Below, piece after piece: positions 34,901 to 48,897 of a stretch of 64,000 bases of DNA. Below the pieces are notes generated by a model. It saw only the letters and a program-made list of their open reading frames with translations, had not been told where the DNA came from and did not search any database. A program made the position numbers and the translations under genes. Source of the DNA: Octopus sinensis (Eukaryota). The stretch lies in the NCBI RefSeq assembly GCF_006345805.1, contig NC_043004.1, forward strand, positions 3,286,001-3,350,000, written 5' to 3'. The number at the start of each line of letters is the position of its first letter. Position 1 is the first letter of the stretch.

Positions 34901-35095
34901 GACCTCGTGTGTACCGTTGGCGATTTTTTTCCTCTGTCTTCCCTTCTCTGGATCTTTCCTTCTCCTATGTTTCCGATGAAGAGCTCCGCTCGAAACGTTA
35001 AACCCTCCTTCTTTCCTGAGCGTCCAATAATACTATATTTATTCCACGTCCTCGCGTTGTTGTGTTTTTTTGTGTTTTCTTGTTTGGATTAACTT
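34901..35095 (+). mobile_element. About 195-bp non-autonomous element carrying a minimal HHR (CCGA core family)
   Basis: Three copies in window; HHR 34969-35003 GTTT-CCGATGA-a GAGC tcc GCTC-GAAAC-GTT-AAAC; flanked by (TA)n. Confidence 0.85.
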
Positions 35096-35121
35096 TATAT
35101 ATATATATATATATATATACA

Positions 35122-35156
<35 letters not shown>

Positions 35157-35439
35157 AGAGATGTATAGATATGTACTCTACCGTGACTAAATGTTGTTTT
35201 GACTGTTATTTCTAGCAATAGTAGAGATAACTTGTAGCCTTAATCACTTTAGTGGCATCTATAGTTCTGTCTCTCGGTTGTAAATTGTGAATAAGTCACA
35301 TTTATTATTTATAATTTTCACCTTTTGCATTTATGAAATATACTATTTTCCTCTCGTTCTGGTCTAATGATTCTCCATGTTTGTTTTCGTTCGATTTCCT
35401 TGTATGTCTCTACCGTCATTTTTTTTCCTGTTTTTTGTT

Positions 35440-35600
35440 CCTAACTTTGACCCTCCAAGAATCCTAAATTTCATTTTAGAATTTATGGGAGTAACTGTCT
35501 TTGAAGATTCATTGTCGTTGAATGCTCGAAACGAGGAGTAGACAGACAGCCGATAAATGATGAAGGGTCCTTCCTTTGTGTTTACTTGTCCAGTTTTACA
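35440..35600 (+). repeat. Dispersed repeat, diverged homolog at 41290-41460
   Basis: Shared TTTGACCCTCC..AATCC.AAATT, TTGTCGTTGAA.TGCTCGAAA and TGATGAAGGGTC blocks. Confidence 0.6.
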
Positions 35601-36122
35601 TTTTTTCTCGTTATTTACGTATTTCACTCGTTTTTCCCTCGTTTGCTTACGTATTTCATATTATTTGCACTGGTGGTGACGTACTGTACCCATATATGTC
35701 TACACACACATATATATATATATATATACACTTCCAAGAGAGTTAGAGGTTGTGAATTCAACCAACTAAGGGATAGTTTTTATCCAATATACTGCTGTTT
35801 ATATGTATATTTATATTTATATGCAAGGAAAAAACGAACCACTGCAGGAATCCACCCTTCCTAACGCATGAAATATGTGTGTCTATGTATATGTATGTAT
35901 ATGTATATATATATATTATATATATATATATATTTCTCCTTTCATATACCTTTTCATTTCTACAAAGCTGTACTCCTCTCAAACTCTATTGCTTGCTTCT
36001 ATTTTACTCATATTATTCCTCTTCTTATACACTCTTCAATAGGAATATTGTACTCAACTTACTAATATCTGATTCTTATACATATGTGTATATACGTATA
36101 TGTATATATACATGTGTGTGTG

Positions 36123-36165
<43 letters not shown>

Positions 36166-36213
36166 TATATATATATACATTAGCCGTCTGAACTTTTTAG
36201 AGCCTCTTCTAAA

Positions 36214-36338
36214 CACTCTGATGAAGCCTGGAGGCACACTCATGTACCTTAATTTTATCTACCGATCACTACAGTACCCTGAAAAGATGGAAATAAGATG
36301 TGGGTTACTGCGACCTCTTGGCAGAAACAGCTGTAAGA
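36214..36338 (+). ncRNA. HHR motif with about 100-nt stem II domain
   Basis: CTGATGA(36218)-a GCCTGGAGG...CCTCTTGGC a-GAAAC-AGCT-GTA-AG; palindromic ACAGCTGT. Confidence 0.6.
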
Positions 36339-37089
36339 AACAGCTCATTTTTCTCTAGTCTAGAAATTACTGGTACTTTATGTGTAAAACACAATCATTG
36401 CATATGTATATACATTCTCAGAATTGTTTAAAATAAATAGACACAATATAATGTCTAACAGTTGATGCACACTATCACTGGATCCCACCGTTTTCTTCTT
36501 GCGTATATATATATTTGTGTGTGTGTGTGTGTGTTTGTATATTTATATATGTGTGTGTATATATATATATATATACACACATACATTATATACATATATG
36601 AGGGTATATATGGTCCCATATCCCTACTACTTCCTGTGTATTGCCTGATTGTTGCACTTGAGCGATATTCTGTTTTCATTTGTTTAAATTTTGTTCGGAA
36701 ATTCCTTGCCATGCGCTTCATTCTTTCATCTTGAAACGACTCTCCTTTCATCATCAACAGCAACATTAGAAGCCGCAGCATCCATCACCACCTTTACCAC
36801 CACCACATCCACCACCATCATCATCATCAGCAACAACAACAACTGTATTTTTTCATGTTTCCATTACATAAAAGTTGTTCCTTTTCTTCTTTTTCTTCCC
36901 TTCACACAGTAGGGCTAGGTTGAAGGGGAGATAATAAAGTAGTGGTGATCCCAAAACGAAGATGCGCGTGCGTGTGTATAAGAGAGTAGTACGTGCGCGT
37001 GGAAGAAGGCTGGTTATCTTGACGTGTGCGTGTGTGTATGTGTAGGTGATATATATTATATACATATACATATCTTTATATATGCATAT

Positions 37090-37146
<57 letters not shown>

Positions 37147-37428
37147 TATGCTGTTGCCGCATTATGTCGTACGCGAATGAGAGGATTTGCATCCCCAACG
37201 TAGAATTTTTAATGTAATACATGTCCTTGAGGTAGTAGTTGTGCGCGGCTGAAGAAGGCCATAGACACGCATTATGCATTGTTATAAATCCGTCTAATAA
37301 AGGCCCGAAACATATGTACCGCTGAATCCTTGGCATCATGTTTTTATTTTGATTAATTTACTCCACCACCTACACCACCAAACGGTATATACACGTGCTT
37401 ACAATTATCAAGTACTCACCCTGAATTT

Positions 37429-37462
<34 letters not shown>

Positions 37463-37989
37463 ATGTATATATGTATGTGTGTGTATGTATATATGCCCTC
37501 TATCTCCCTCCTTTCCCCTCTCTCTCTTTTACAGCAGTAATATCCGGGGGCCAATTCAATGAAACTCCTCCCTCATCTGCAGAGGAGGAGGAGTAAGTGG
37601 AGGTGGGTGATGACAATAAAGCTAACAATGAAGTTGATGACGACAAGTCCAAAACTGTCCCCAAAGCAACCAAAACTCACATCCATCTTCCATCTTGCCT
37701 TGTATGTATTTCATGTTTCCTTATTTGGAAAACGAATTTCTTTTGCCGTTGAGACGAATTTTTTACTAACGCTAATGATAAATTTTCGTTTTAATGGATT
37801 CAATTATTTTCAGCTAACTAGTTTAATTAGTTTAGCCTACGCTTAACAATTAGTCGTCTGTCTGCTTACTTGAATCGTATGAATTTGAAAACTAGAAGAG
37901 AAATGTTTAATTTGGGCGATAAACAGAACATTATGATAAATATATGCAAATTAAGGAACAGGAGAAAAAACATAAGTATGATAATGGTA

Positions 37990-38275
37990 ATTCTTTTCTA
38001 CTCAAGGCACAAGGCTCGAAATATCGGGGGAGGCGGCCAGTCGATTAGAACGACCCCAGTACGCAACTGGTACTCAATTTATCGAACCCCCAAAGGATGA
38101 AAAGCAAAGTCGACCGCGGCGGAATTTGAACGCAGAACGTAAAGACACGAAATGCAGCTAAGCATTTCGCCTGGCGTGCTAATGTTTCTGCCAGCTCGCC
38201 GCCTTTCTCAATAATATTCTTTTCTAGTCTAGGCACAAGGCCCGAAATTTTGGGGGAGGGGGCCAATCGATTAGA
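37990..38275 (-). mobile_element. SINE family B (with duplicated tail)
   Basis: Reverse complement of family B core and tail. Confidence 0.85.
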
Positions 38276-38884
38276 TCGCCGCCTTAGTATGATAACAGCA
38301 ACTGACAAAAGAACTGTGAAGTGGTGGTAAGAAACGGTTTGTATGGTTTTTAAGCTTACGAAAATTAATATAAATTTTAAAAAGTTAACTTAATTCAACA
38401 TTTGCAAGATTAAAATGCCTACACAAGTATTTCATTAAAACGGTATCACGGTTTTTTCAAAGTAATACAGGGCTAGAGCTTGGCCCCACATTCACATGTA
38501 TCAACCATCTTAAGATCGGATGTTTGTTCAGATGCACTTGCACTGATATTGTAGTATGTGTTCCAATTTTTTTCTATGTTTTTGCTACTTTATTTTACAG
38601 ATATTTATTAGAAACTTTATGTTGAGAGGCGTAGTATCGTTTGCAGATTTTCAATGGCCTCAGATCTGCTTATAGAGTGTATTAACAATTGTGTAGAGTA
38701 GTCGTAATTTCATATTTTCATACGTGCTCCTCGCTATCTGCAAGCTCAAAATCTGTATTTCTCTAGAATAGTGAATCATGTTTCCTCTGATTTTAGAAAG
38801 ATTTCTGCCTCATTCTTCTCATTGCATTTCTTTTTAAACTTTTCGAAATTTGCATAGCACATACATACACACATACAGAGAGAA

Positions 38885-38922
<38 letters not shown>

Positions 38923-38954
38923 AAGTAATATATGTATAGTAAATAGACACAGGA

Positions 38955-39274
38955 GCCCTCCGTTGATTACGACGACAAGGGTTCCAGCTAATACGATAAA
39001 CGAAACAGCCTGCTCGTGAAATTAACGTGCAAGTGGCTGAGCACTCCACAGACACGTGTACTCCTAGCGTAGTTCTCAGGTAGATTCAGTGTGACATAGA
39101 GTGCGACAAGGCCGGCCCTTTGAAATACAGGTACAACTCATTTTTGCCAGTTAAGTGGACTGGAGCAACGTGAAATAAAGTGTCTTGCTCAAGGACATAA
39201 CGTGTCGCCGGAAATTGAACTCATGACTTTACAATCGTGAGCGGAATGCCCTAACCACTAGGCCACGTGCCTTC
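38955..39274 (-). mobile_element. tRNA-derived CORE-like SINE family D, full length
   Basis: Minus-strand head GAAGGCACGTGGCCTAGTGGTTAGGGC, B-box-like GAGTTCAATTTCC, CORE-like GTCCTTGAGCAAGACAC. Confidence 0.9.
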
Positions 39275-39818
39275 ATATAGACACATACGCGCACAAATAT
39301 ACACATAAAATTAAAAAGAAAACCACAGAAACAACTGCAAAGGACACGAGAAAACGGTACGTGAAACACGTACCATTTGTAAACTCCATCTAAAAGGTGT
39401 CTGCGGGCATAAGGGGATGAAAACCATCTGTTGCTTTGCGCATCAAAAGCTGAGACAGAGTGAAACCCACGGCAAAACCCGTTCCCCACTTAACCACAAA
39501 AATAGAACAAAATCACAGCCAGGATTCGTATCCCAATACACACTTGCATTAAAAAAGACCACTAAAAGCTGTATACAGGTCAGGGAAAGCTGCCAGTAGA
39601 ACGGGGAAGTTTTTTGAGAGTAATGAAGTATATGGCCTGGTAGCAAACAAAACTAAGTCATGCACACACACACACAAGACCGCCAAATATAATAGACGCA
39701 GAATGGCCACCGTTTAATGCACCAATTCAACTGATAAATATTAGAGGCCTCCTACAAAACCACAGTAAACTGCAGAATTGCGTACCTGGGGCATCTTCCT
39801 GCTTTTTGTGTGTCACAC

Positions 39819-40410
39819 TCAAATTCGGTCTGTGACACACTTATAATATATTTAAAGCAACTTGATGTAGTAATATGCATATCGTATCGCTGATCTGATG
39901 CCTCACATCACGGTGGTAAATTTGAGGAAATCCTTACAATGGTAAAAGAAGTATGAAGAAAATTTGATCAATACATTAATATACTTCTGATGAGTGAGTT
40001 AAACTTCCCCAACATCAGATAGCCGGAAGGCGACATGTCAGGAATGGCAGTCAAAGAACGCAATCAAACAGAATCTCTGCTGGAATTTCACGAAAATGCT
40101 GTTCATGTCGCAAACCATACTTTTTCCAACCAGAAACAATAACATCTTAGATCTCTGCTTCACCAGCAATGCGGAACATATCCACAATGGGAAAATATCA
40201 CCGACAATTTCTCAGACTATAACATGATAGTGCAGTCCGAACTTCTACAAGGCTGATCGGAAGTCAATTGAAAAACAGGTACTCCGGCAAAATTGGCTTA
40301 AAAGTATCTCTTTGCATGACTTTAATATGAAGCTTAAAGATTTCATGTCAATGATGCGAGAGAATGGAGCCAATACACACAATAAACGCAAAATATCTCC
40401 GAGACAGGAG
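39819..40410 (+). mobile_element. Decayed LINE (CR1/L2 clade-like) APE endonuclease and linker
   Basis: SNSVCDTLIIYLKQLDVVICISYR, LLMSELNFPNIR*PE (GDFN.P.I.W), PTRNNNILDLCFTSN, SDYNMI (SDH), NFYKAD...QNW; stops and frameshifts. Confidence 0.8.
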
Positions 40411-40726
40411 AGTTCTTATGAGGTGTGGGGGCGGGGAGATTTAGATCTGTAATTGCTGAAGTAAACAATGTAATGCCTACGCGAAATCCCTCCTCGAAAA
40501 AACGCTCTTAGGGATCGGAAGTAAACTCAGAGTTTCCCATCAAAAGTAAAGGGAACAAAGAGAAACAAGGGCGATAGAAAATATAGAAAGAATTTTTCTA
40601 CAGGTTTGCAAAAGAATCTGCTTCGATGTGTTCGATGTGGTAGAAGATAGGGGCACTGGTTGAAGAAGACGAGTCACTAACTGCAGCTTTTGGTAACAGT
40701 AAAATTATATATACATATATATATGT

Positions 40727-40932
40727 AAAGTTAATCCAAACATGAAAACACAAAGAGAAAACACAACAACGCGAGGACGTGGAACAAATATAGTATTATT
40801 GGACGCTCAGGAAGGAAGGGAAGAAGGAGGGTTTAACGTTTCGAGCGGAGCCCTTCGTCGAAAACATAGGAGAAGGAAAGATCCAGAGAAGGGAAGACAG
40901 AGGAAAAAATCGCCAACGGTACACACGCGGCC
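40727..40932 (-). mobile_element. CCGA-family HHR element (copy 2)
   Basis: Reverse complement of 34901-35095; HHR 40831-40865 with core TCGACGA. Confidence 0.85.
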
Positions 40933-40934
40933 AC

Positions 40935-40966
<32 letters not shown>

Positions 40967-40974
40967 TATATATA

Positions 40975-41012
<38 letters not shown>

Positions 41013-41677
41013 GCATATATATATGCACATATACATCCATCTCGCTCCCCCTTTCGCCATTCTCTGTCTGTCACTCTCTCTTCCTCACTATTCCTCGTTT
41101 GCTCTCTCGTGGCTCCCACGTGACCATCGGCCATCTATCTTTCTTTTCCTAACTTCTTTCTTTCTGATTCAGCTGGACGAATCAGACGCATTCTTGTCTG
41201 TCTCTTGTCGAAGCTTGCTTCTTTGCGTTAGACACCTCACCTCAGTTAGGCTTAACAGCCCTTCCTGTTTGTTTCCACTGTCTTGTTTTTGTTACCAATT
41301 TTGACCCTCCGCAAAATCCCAAATTCTATTTAATTTGCTTTGCGGGAGAAACTGTTATATAGAAGGCAGATCTTGTCGTTGAATTGCTCGAAATACGGAT
41401 TAGAAAAACAACCGACAACTGATGAAGGGTCGTTCGTTATGTTACTTGTCTTGTTTTCCATTTGTTTCTTTTGTTGTTGCAAAAAAAGTTCATATTCCAT
41501 ATATTCGTATCCCATGTTTCCGTTTTTCATGTTGTTTAACTTCTGTGACATCCTGTGCCCCCATATGCATATAGATATACGTATAGATGTATGTACATAT
41601 ACCTATGTATATATTATATATATATTACTTATATTATTATACAATCATATACCTGTAAGGTAATATATATACATATA

Positions 41678-41893
41678 TGCAATTGGTTGCTGAAAAGTTC
41701 CTGGGTTTGGGTAAAAGAAAATACAGGAGGATCAGTTAATTATTTTATTCAACATATTCCCCTCTCAGATTCACACACTTACACTAGCGGCCCTTCAGCA
41801 TTTCTAAGCCCTGAAAAAGAACTTGGAAGGTTTGGCCCCCAACCAGGGCTTTCGGGATTCTCTTAAAGCCGTGAACTTTTTAGCACCCGCTCG
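41678..41893. mobile_element. Mariner-type MITE
   Basis: GGTTGCTGAAAAGTTC and GAACTTTTTAGCACCCGCTCGT form imperfect TIRs. Confidence 0.7.
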
Positions 41894-41900
41894 TGTGTTT

Positions 41901-42390
<490 letters not shown>

Positions 42391-43366
42391 CATGTGTGCG
42401 TGTGTGAAAGAGTGCAGATATGTTACCGGTTTATGGTATAATATTTGTCTTGTTTTAATTATATATTTGTTAATCATATTCAATATGGTATTAATTAATT
42501 TTTAATTCATCCATATATATATATATATGATGTATTTATTTCGCATACTTACATCTGCCTTTCTATTTTCTTTGTCTCGTTTCCAATATTAATCTGTTAT
42601 TTGTTACTGTTACTATGTGTATATGTACGTGTATGTGTGAGTGTGTGTGTGCTTATATATATATTTAAATCTCATACCTTCTGACGGCTTATAGTTTATG
42701 TATGTACGTACGTATGTATGTACGCATATATGTATGTATGTATGTATCTATGTATGTATGTATATCCATATTTACAAAAAACTTCCTATCTTCAATATAC
42801 AGCATCTCTGTCCATTTATACTGCAGGTCACAGTTTCCTATTCCCTATTCTTCCCCAAACATCCAAAATATATCGAAAATACATTATTTGAGAAGTTTAC
42901 ATCTGTTTTACCGATTCTTTTCACAATGTTCTCGTTTGTTTTATATTATACTTTATTCCATCATTTTATTATTTTATTGTTATTCTGTTTCCCTATTCTC
43001 CAATAGAATATCGCGTTTCAACCCGTTTCGTTAACTTTGTCATTCCTGGTTTTCTATTGACTTTTTGTCAATTCTGGTTTTCTATTCTTATTCTATTTTT
43101 ATTTTTATCTTGTTTTGATTTTATTTTACATTTTTGCAACTTCTTAAGTTGATCTCTCCGCTTTCTTACATTATTGTATCATTGGTGAAAAATATAAATA
43201 AAATACAAAAAAAAATTTCTTTGATGATTTTTTCCACCAAAACTATTTCAATATATTCGGTTCTTGTAGTTTTAATTACCATCTTAGTTTTCTTTTCTCC
43301 CCCTTCATTTTCATAGCCATTCTAATACCAAACAATTATTTGCTATTTATCATTTCAATACTTTCA

Positions 43367-43413
<47 letters not shown>

Positions 43414-43548
43414 TATCTATCTATCTCTCCTCTGCCTCTATCTCTGCAAAAACAATATGTATAACAATGATATCTAACTATCTATCTATCTATATATATA
43501 TATACGACATTGTTTATATATATATGTATATATATATATGTAAATATA

Positions 43549-43579
<31 letters not shown>

Positions 43580-43680
43580 TTGTAAATATATAAGTAAATA
43601 TATAAATATATGTATACATATTTACATGTAAATATATATATGTATATATATATGTAAATATATATATGTATATATATATG

Positions 43681-43737
<57 letters not shown>

Positions 43738-44221
43738 ATTCTTTTTGTGGAACATTTCTTATCTTCTTGTACTTGTCTGTCTTTAAATGCTGTTATTCTT
43801 TACCATTCTACCATAAAAACGGTGGTTAGCTAAAACATTTAGAAATAAATCTTTTAATAATTCTTTGATAATTCTATGATGAATGAAGAAAGAGGGCGGG
43901 GCGGCTGCTTCATTCGCCAAACAGGATTTCACATTCTAATGAGGATTTTCATTAATTTCTACGACTATTCCTTAATCATTCACACTATAGATATCAGACT
44001 CACAGACACAGCGGTATATATACGAATACTCTCTCTCACACACACACACACACACAGACGTTGTCGCACATACTCAAAGAAATAAACATCCACACCCCTA
44101 TATATATTAATTGGAATACTCGTGAATATATATATACACACGTAACATTCACACATATATGCACTATGTAAATATGTTTACACAAATGTGCATATATATA
44201 TACATATATATATATATATAT

Positions 44222-44283
<62 letters not shown>

Positions 44284-44287
<4 letters not shown>

Positions 44288-45745
44288 CCTATAATAGCAG
44301 GTCCCGCATGTGAGACCCACCACCGCAGTAACTTTTAGATATCCTCTTAAAACCATTCCTCGAGCATGTTAAAAGCTACATAAGGGACCACCTGGATATG
44401 CTCAATCCCCTTCCTGAAACAATAAACAAAAACACCCTTCTAGTATCCTTCGATGTAGTCAACCTCTATTCAATATTTCCCACAACCTAGGAATAGAGAC
44501 AATTCAATTCTGACAAGAGAATTACGCCAACGAACTCCCACAAATAATTCGTGATAGAAGGGCTAAAATTCATCTTGAAGAATAACTAATTCGTGTTCAA
44601 AGACACCTTCTATCGACAAAAATCTGGGACTGCGATGAGTACGAGAATGGCCCCCTCCTTTGCTAACCTAGTCAGGGGATATCTAGAAATTAGTCTTTAT
44701 CTTAAGTTTCTAGAAAAATACAGCAGCCCATTCTCCCTCTACATAGAAAATAACTGGAAGAGACACCCGGATAATTGTTTCATACTTTGGCATGAAAGTA
44801 TAGAGAGACTTAAAGAATTTCAAGCACTTATAAATGGACTTGACGTAAACATTCAATTCGCGATGGAATACAGCCAGCAACAACTTCCCTTTCTCGACAT
44901 CCTCATTAAGAATTCTAACAACGTAATGGGAGCAGATAAATACTATAAGCCCACGGACTCCAAGTAATATCTACCGTTCAACTCATGCCACCCCAGACAC
45001 ATCAGAATGAATATCCCCTTCAACCTAGGAAAAAGTTTCTAATGCAAACATCAGCGACACACAACTACATGAACTAAAGGATACACTCATCACCAGGAAC
45101 TACCGACCTCCACTAATTGACGTATGCTTTCAACGTGCCCTTCAACTCAACATCCAGGAACTCAGACAAACCAAATTAAAGAAGGATTTACGACCAAAAG
45201 CCCTACCATACATCTCCATACACAACCCTCTTAACAATGAAGCCTTCGACACCATCCTTCAAAACAGTCCCCTGCTATAAAAAAGGACCAAAGAATGAAC
45301 TTAATCCTCCAAACACACATCATCATAAAAAACAAGAGACAACCCAAATCTATGAAAAGTCTCCTAACACAAACCCGAATATGCTCAACAACAACACAGA
45401 AGCCGTCAGTAAAAAAATGTGGAAGACCCAACTGTGGGATATGCGTCAATTTAATTGAGGGATCAGAGTTCTCCTTCAAACAGGGACAACGTTTCACAGT
45501 GAAAAGCAGCTTCACATATGCTTCGAGAACCTGATATACGCACTAACTTGCTCTGGGTGTCAAGAGCAATACATAGGCCAAACAAAAAACAGTCTACGTA
45601 AAAGAATAGCTCTGCACAGATCCCAGATCAAAATTCCCCAAACAGAAAAATACCATTCAGCCAACACATCGACATTTATACCAATAACAAAAATTTGAAT
45701 GCAAATATTTAAAATGATACATTCAAGAGATACACAAGAATTCGT
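44284..45745 (+). mobile_element. Decayed Penelope-like element: RT, thumb and GIY-YIG endonuclease
   Basis: RPIIAGPACETH, LLVSFDVVNLYS, ORF 44593-44967 (GTAMSTRMAPSFANL, WKRHPDNCF, LPFLDILI, YYKPTDSK), YLPFNSCHPRH, CGRPNCGIC, LIYALTCSGCQEQYIGQT; several stops and frameshifts. Confidence 0.92.
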
Positions 45746-46504
45746 TTAAAAAAACAGTCCCAATCACTGCTATAATCCATAACGAATCACTTTTAGATCA
45801 CTTGACCATTTAACCATACAACCACTCCTGCGCGTAGATATTCATGTATTACGAACATACATACATACGTACATACGTACGTATATACAGGTATTCACAT
45901 ATAAATGCATACAGAACATTCACAACACTGTAACACATGCATACACATACATACGTTTACACAAACGTACGGAGACGTACATGCACACACAAATTTACAC
46001 ACATGCTCATATTCATTTGCAAAATGTACGCATTTAATGAAATACGGTGTGCCTACCAGCAAATAACTTATTGGTATAGCATGTGGTCGAGTATCCCGTA
46101 GTCTGTCGTATATTGTATTAAATACTTATTTGATAAAATATGCAGAGCAAATGTAACTGCAATGTTTCAGCGACTGCGATTTTCTCGTCGTTACGAACAC
46201 AATTCTAGATACTCGTTGCTCTACCGATTCTGCATTCCTCTGCCTTTGAAGCTTGAAAAGAAATACTAAACTGCCCGCCTCTTCTTATTAAGAAATGCTA
46301 AATGCTGATGATCACAGTTGCACAGGTGTTGCATAGACCTTTGCAGATATATGATACAGATGTTGCACTAATTATGAAAGCTAGAGTCACCCTGTCTTTG
46401 TGTCGAATAAAATATCGATGTTCTACGTTTGAATCGAGTCAATTAGTGTTAGCTGTTGAGTATGTTTTTTTTAAAAGATTTGTCATAAAATATTTCATAT
46501 TCTT

Positions 46505-46876
46505 TTCAACTCTAGGTACAATGATCGAAATATTTGGAGGAGTGATCCAGTGGATAGATCGACCCCAGTACGCAGCTGGTACTTAATTTATCGGTCCCGA
46601 AAGGACCGGTGGAATTTTAGCTCAGAACGTAAAGACAAACGAAATACCTATTTCTTTACTACCCACAAGGGGCTAAACACAAAGGGGACAAACAAGGACA
46701 GACAAACGGATTAAGTCGATTATATCGACCCCAGTGCGTAACTGGTACTTATTTAATCGACCTCGAAAGGATGAAAGGCAAAGTCGACCTCGGTAGAATT
46801 TTAACTCAGAACGTAAAGATAGACGAAATACGGCTAAGCATTTCGCCCGAAGTGCTAACGTTTCGGCCAGCTCGCT
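46505..46876 (-). mobile_element. SINE family B (with extra partial copy)
   Basis: Family B core reverse complement at about 46780. Confidence 0.85.
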
Positions 46877-48329
46877 CCTTATAAAATATTTCCTTTTATT
46901 GGATATATAGCGATAGTAGTTATTGGTCTTTAATTCCAGGTTACTGTGATGTCTTTCTGATCATTTCACTTTAACAACCTCAATATTTATCTATCAGAAG
47001 GTACCTTAGAGTACCAGTATGTAGAGGTACCACCGAAAAGAGAACTCATGATTTAATTAGAGCATTTACTACTAGAATCGTCGGATTTACAGCCACACAA
47101 GATTTGAAGGCACTCGATCGTTGTCTCCCCATTCTTCCCTATTATTTTGAGAAACCTACCCTACTAGAGAATAAACGGGATATAGCTTACTTCGATCTGG
47201 GTTCTATTTGCACCTGAAGCTTCAGATTTTCACTAAACAAAAAAAAATGATAATTTTAATGGTTTTTAACGCTGCCACAAAAGGAGAAATTTGATAAAGG
47301 GATGTTACATATAAAAATCGATGAAATCGATCGATATCAATTTATTACAATAAGCACCTGTCTCGCTTGTCGACATCTGCTTTCTCGATACAAAACAGTT
47401 GAAAGATAAATGATACATAGGAAAGATAAAATTGACTTTCACGCCAGTTGAAACAGAACGTAACACAAAGCTAAAAGTCATAGTGCTGTTCCGATTGTGC
47501 ATTTCACGGCCTTTGAAATCATTAGAAAAAAAAATAATAATAAACTGGCCGCTTATTATTGAAAAAAAATTTGTCTTAAGAGCCAAACAATTACACAGAT
47601 GTTACAGAGTCACTATGTTGTACATATGTTGTTCTAATTATCGGATGCGGTCCGCTTACAGAGAAATTATATTAAATCATATAGAAATTATAGAACTTAT
47701 TCTGAGTTCAAAACTAATGCCGACATTTATCACTGGGTTACATTGTAATGTTTTCACCTCAATATACACAACACGCCGCCAACTCTAAATGAAATGTCTT
47801 GATAGTGTGAATGACTTGTTCAGTAATTACCAAAGATTTCTTACTGCTGTGCGTTAAACACATTTAAATTTAAACTTCAAACACATTTTAAAGTCATCTC
47901 TACAGATTTTTTTATCGCAATTCAAGCCAGCACTGAAAGTTACTATCAGTAACTGTCAGGAACTTCAAGTGATGACTCAAATTTCTATAGAAAATCTGCA
48001 GAGAGGCAATTTTAACCAATGACTGAATCGCACTGCTAACACAGGCAGGACGCTGTATTGATTTATAAGCCCTTAATATACTTATCAGTATATCATGGTT
48101 ACAAAACGAAACACTGTGTCCCTACAAGCAATTAAGTTGTGTATTAGAATGCATCCTTTTCTTTTAGTGCTACGGACATCAGACGTGGCAAAGTATTACC
48201 CCTTCCCTCTCTCTCTCTCTCTCTCCCTCGACAACTAGTTATAGTCATAGACCGGATATTGCTCAACCGATAATCGAACAAACCTCGTCTCGCTCAATTT
48301 CAATAACTGATCAATATTTACTTACATCA

Positions 48330-48545
48330 TGGCGGTGAGCTGGTAGAGTCGTTGGCACGCTGGACAAAGTGCTTAGAAGCATTTCGACCGTCTTTACGTT
48401 CTGAGTTCAAATTCTACCGAGATCGACATTGCCTTTCATCCTTTCGAGGTCGATAAGATAAGTACCAGCTGTTTACTAGGATCAGTGTAATCGACTGACC
48501 CTCTCCTCCGAACTTGCGGACCTCATGCAAAAGTTTGAAACCAGT
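48330..48545 (+). mobile_element. SINE family B (diverged)
   Basis: GGCGGTGAGCTGG head; GCCTTTCATCCTTTCGAGGTCGATAA core. Confidence 0.85.
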
Positions 48546-48697
48546 ATTTATTAGCTTCAGTAACAACAACAACGACATTGGTGAAAGTATTAAGATTTAC
48601 AAACAAACGAAAATATAGTGGTTCGTACCCCGTGAGTGCCTTTACACCGAATCAATATCGAAGTATCTCAATTCTTCACAATCGAATACATCACCGT

Positions 48698-48897
48698 TTA
48701 AATGGTTGTGATATTGCGATTGAATTCGTGATTGCAAGTCGAGGAAAAACTATAAGAACAGCAATCCAATTTGACAAAGACTGGGACTGTAGGATCTACT
48801 TGTCCAGTCGGCTTCTGTGCAACGTTAGCAAGCTGTTTAGCTGCAGCTAGCCTGTCGCAGTTGAGAACGTAACAGCTAACCACTCGTCTTTTGCCTT
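48698..48897 (-). CDS. Weak candidate coding exon
   Basis: Acceptor attgtttcaAG at 48899-48898; open frame EGKRRVVSCYVLNCDRLAAAKQLANVAQKPTGQVDPTVPVFVKLDCCSYSF; non-repetitive; donor uncertain. Confidence 0.3.

Noticed and set aside
36455-36781. ORF MLRLLMLLLMMKGESFQDERMKRMARNF...
   Set aside because: No pyrimidine-rich acceptor or clear donor; begins in a degenerate trinucleotide tract and ends in SSR
37535-37592. NAGNAG acceptor to GTAAGT donor, 55-58 bp candidate exon
   Set aside because: Low-complexity acidic sequence; splice motifs alone are insufficient
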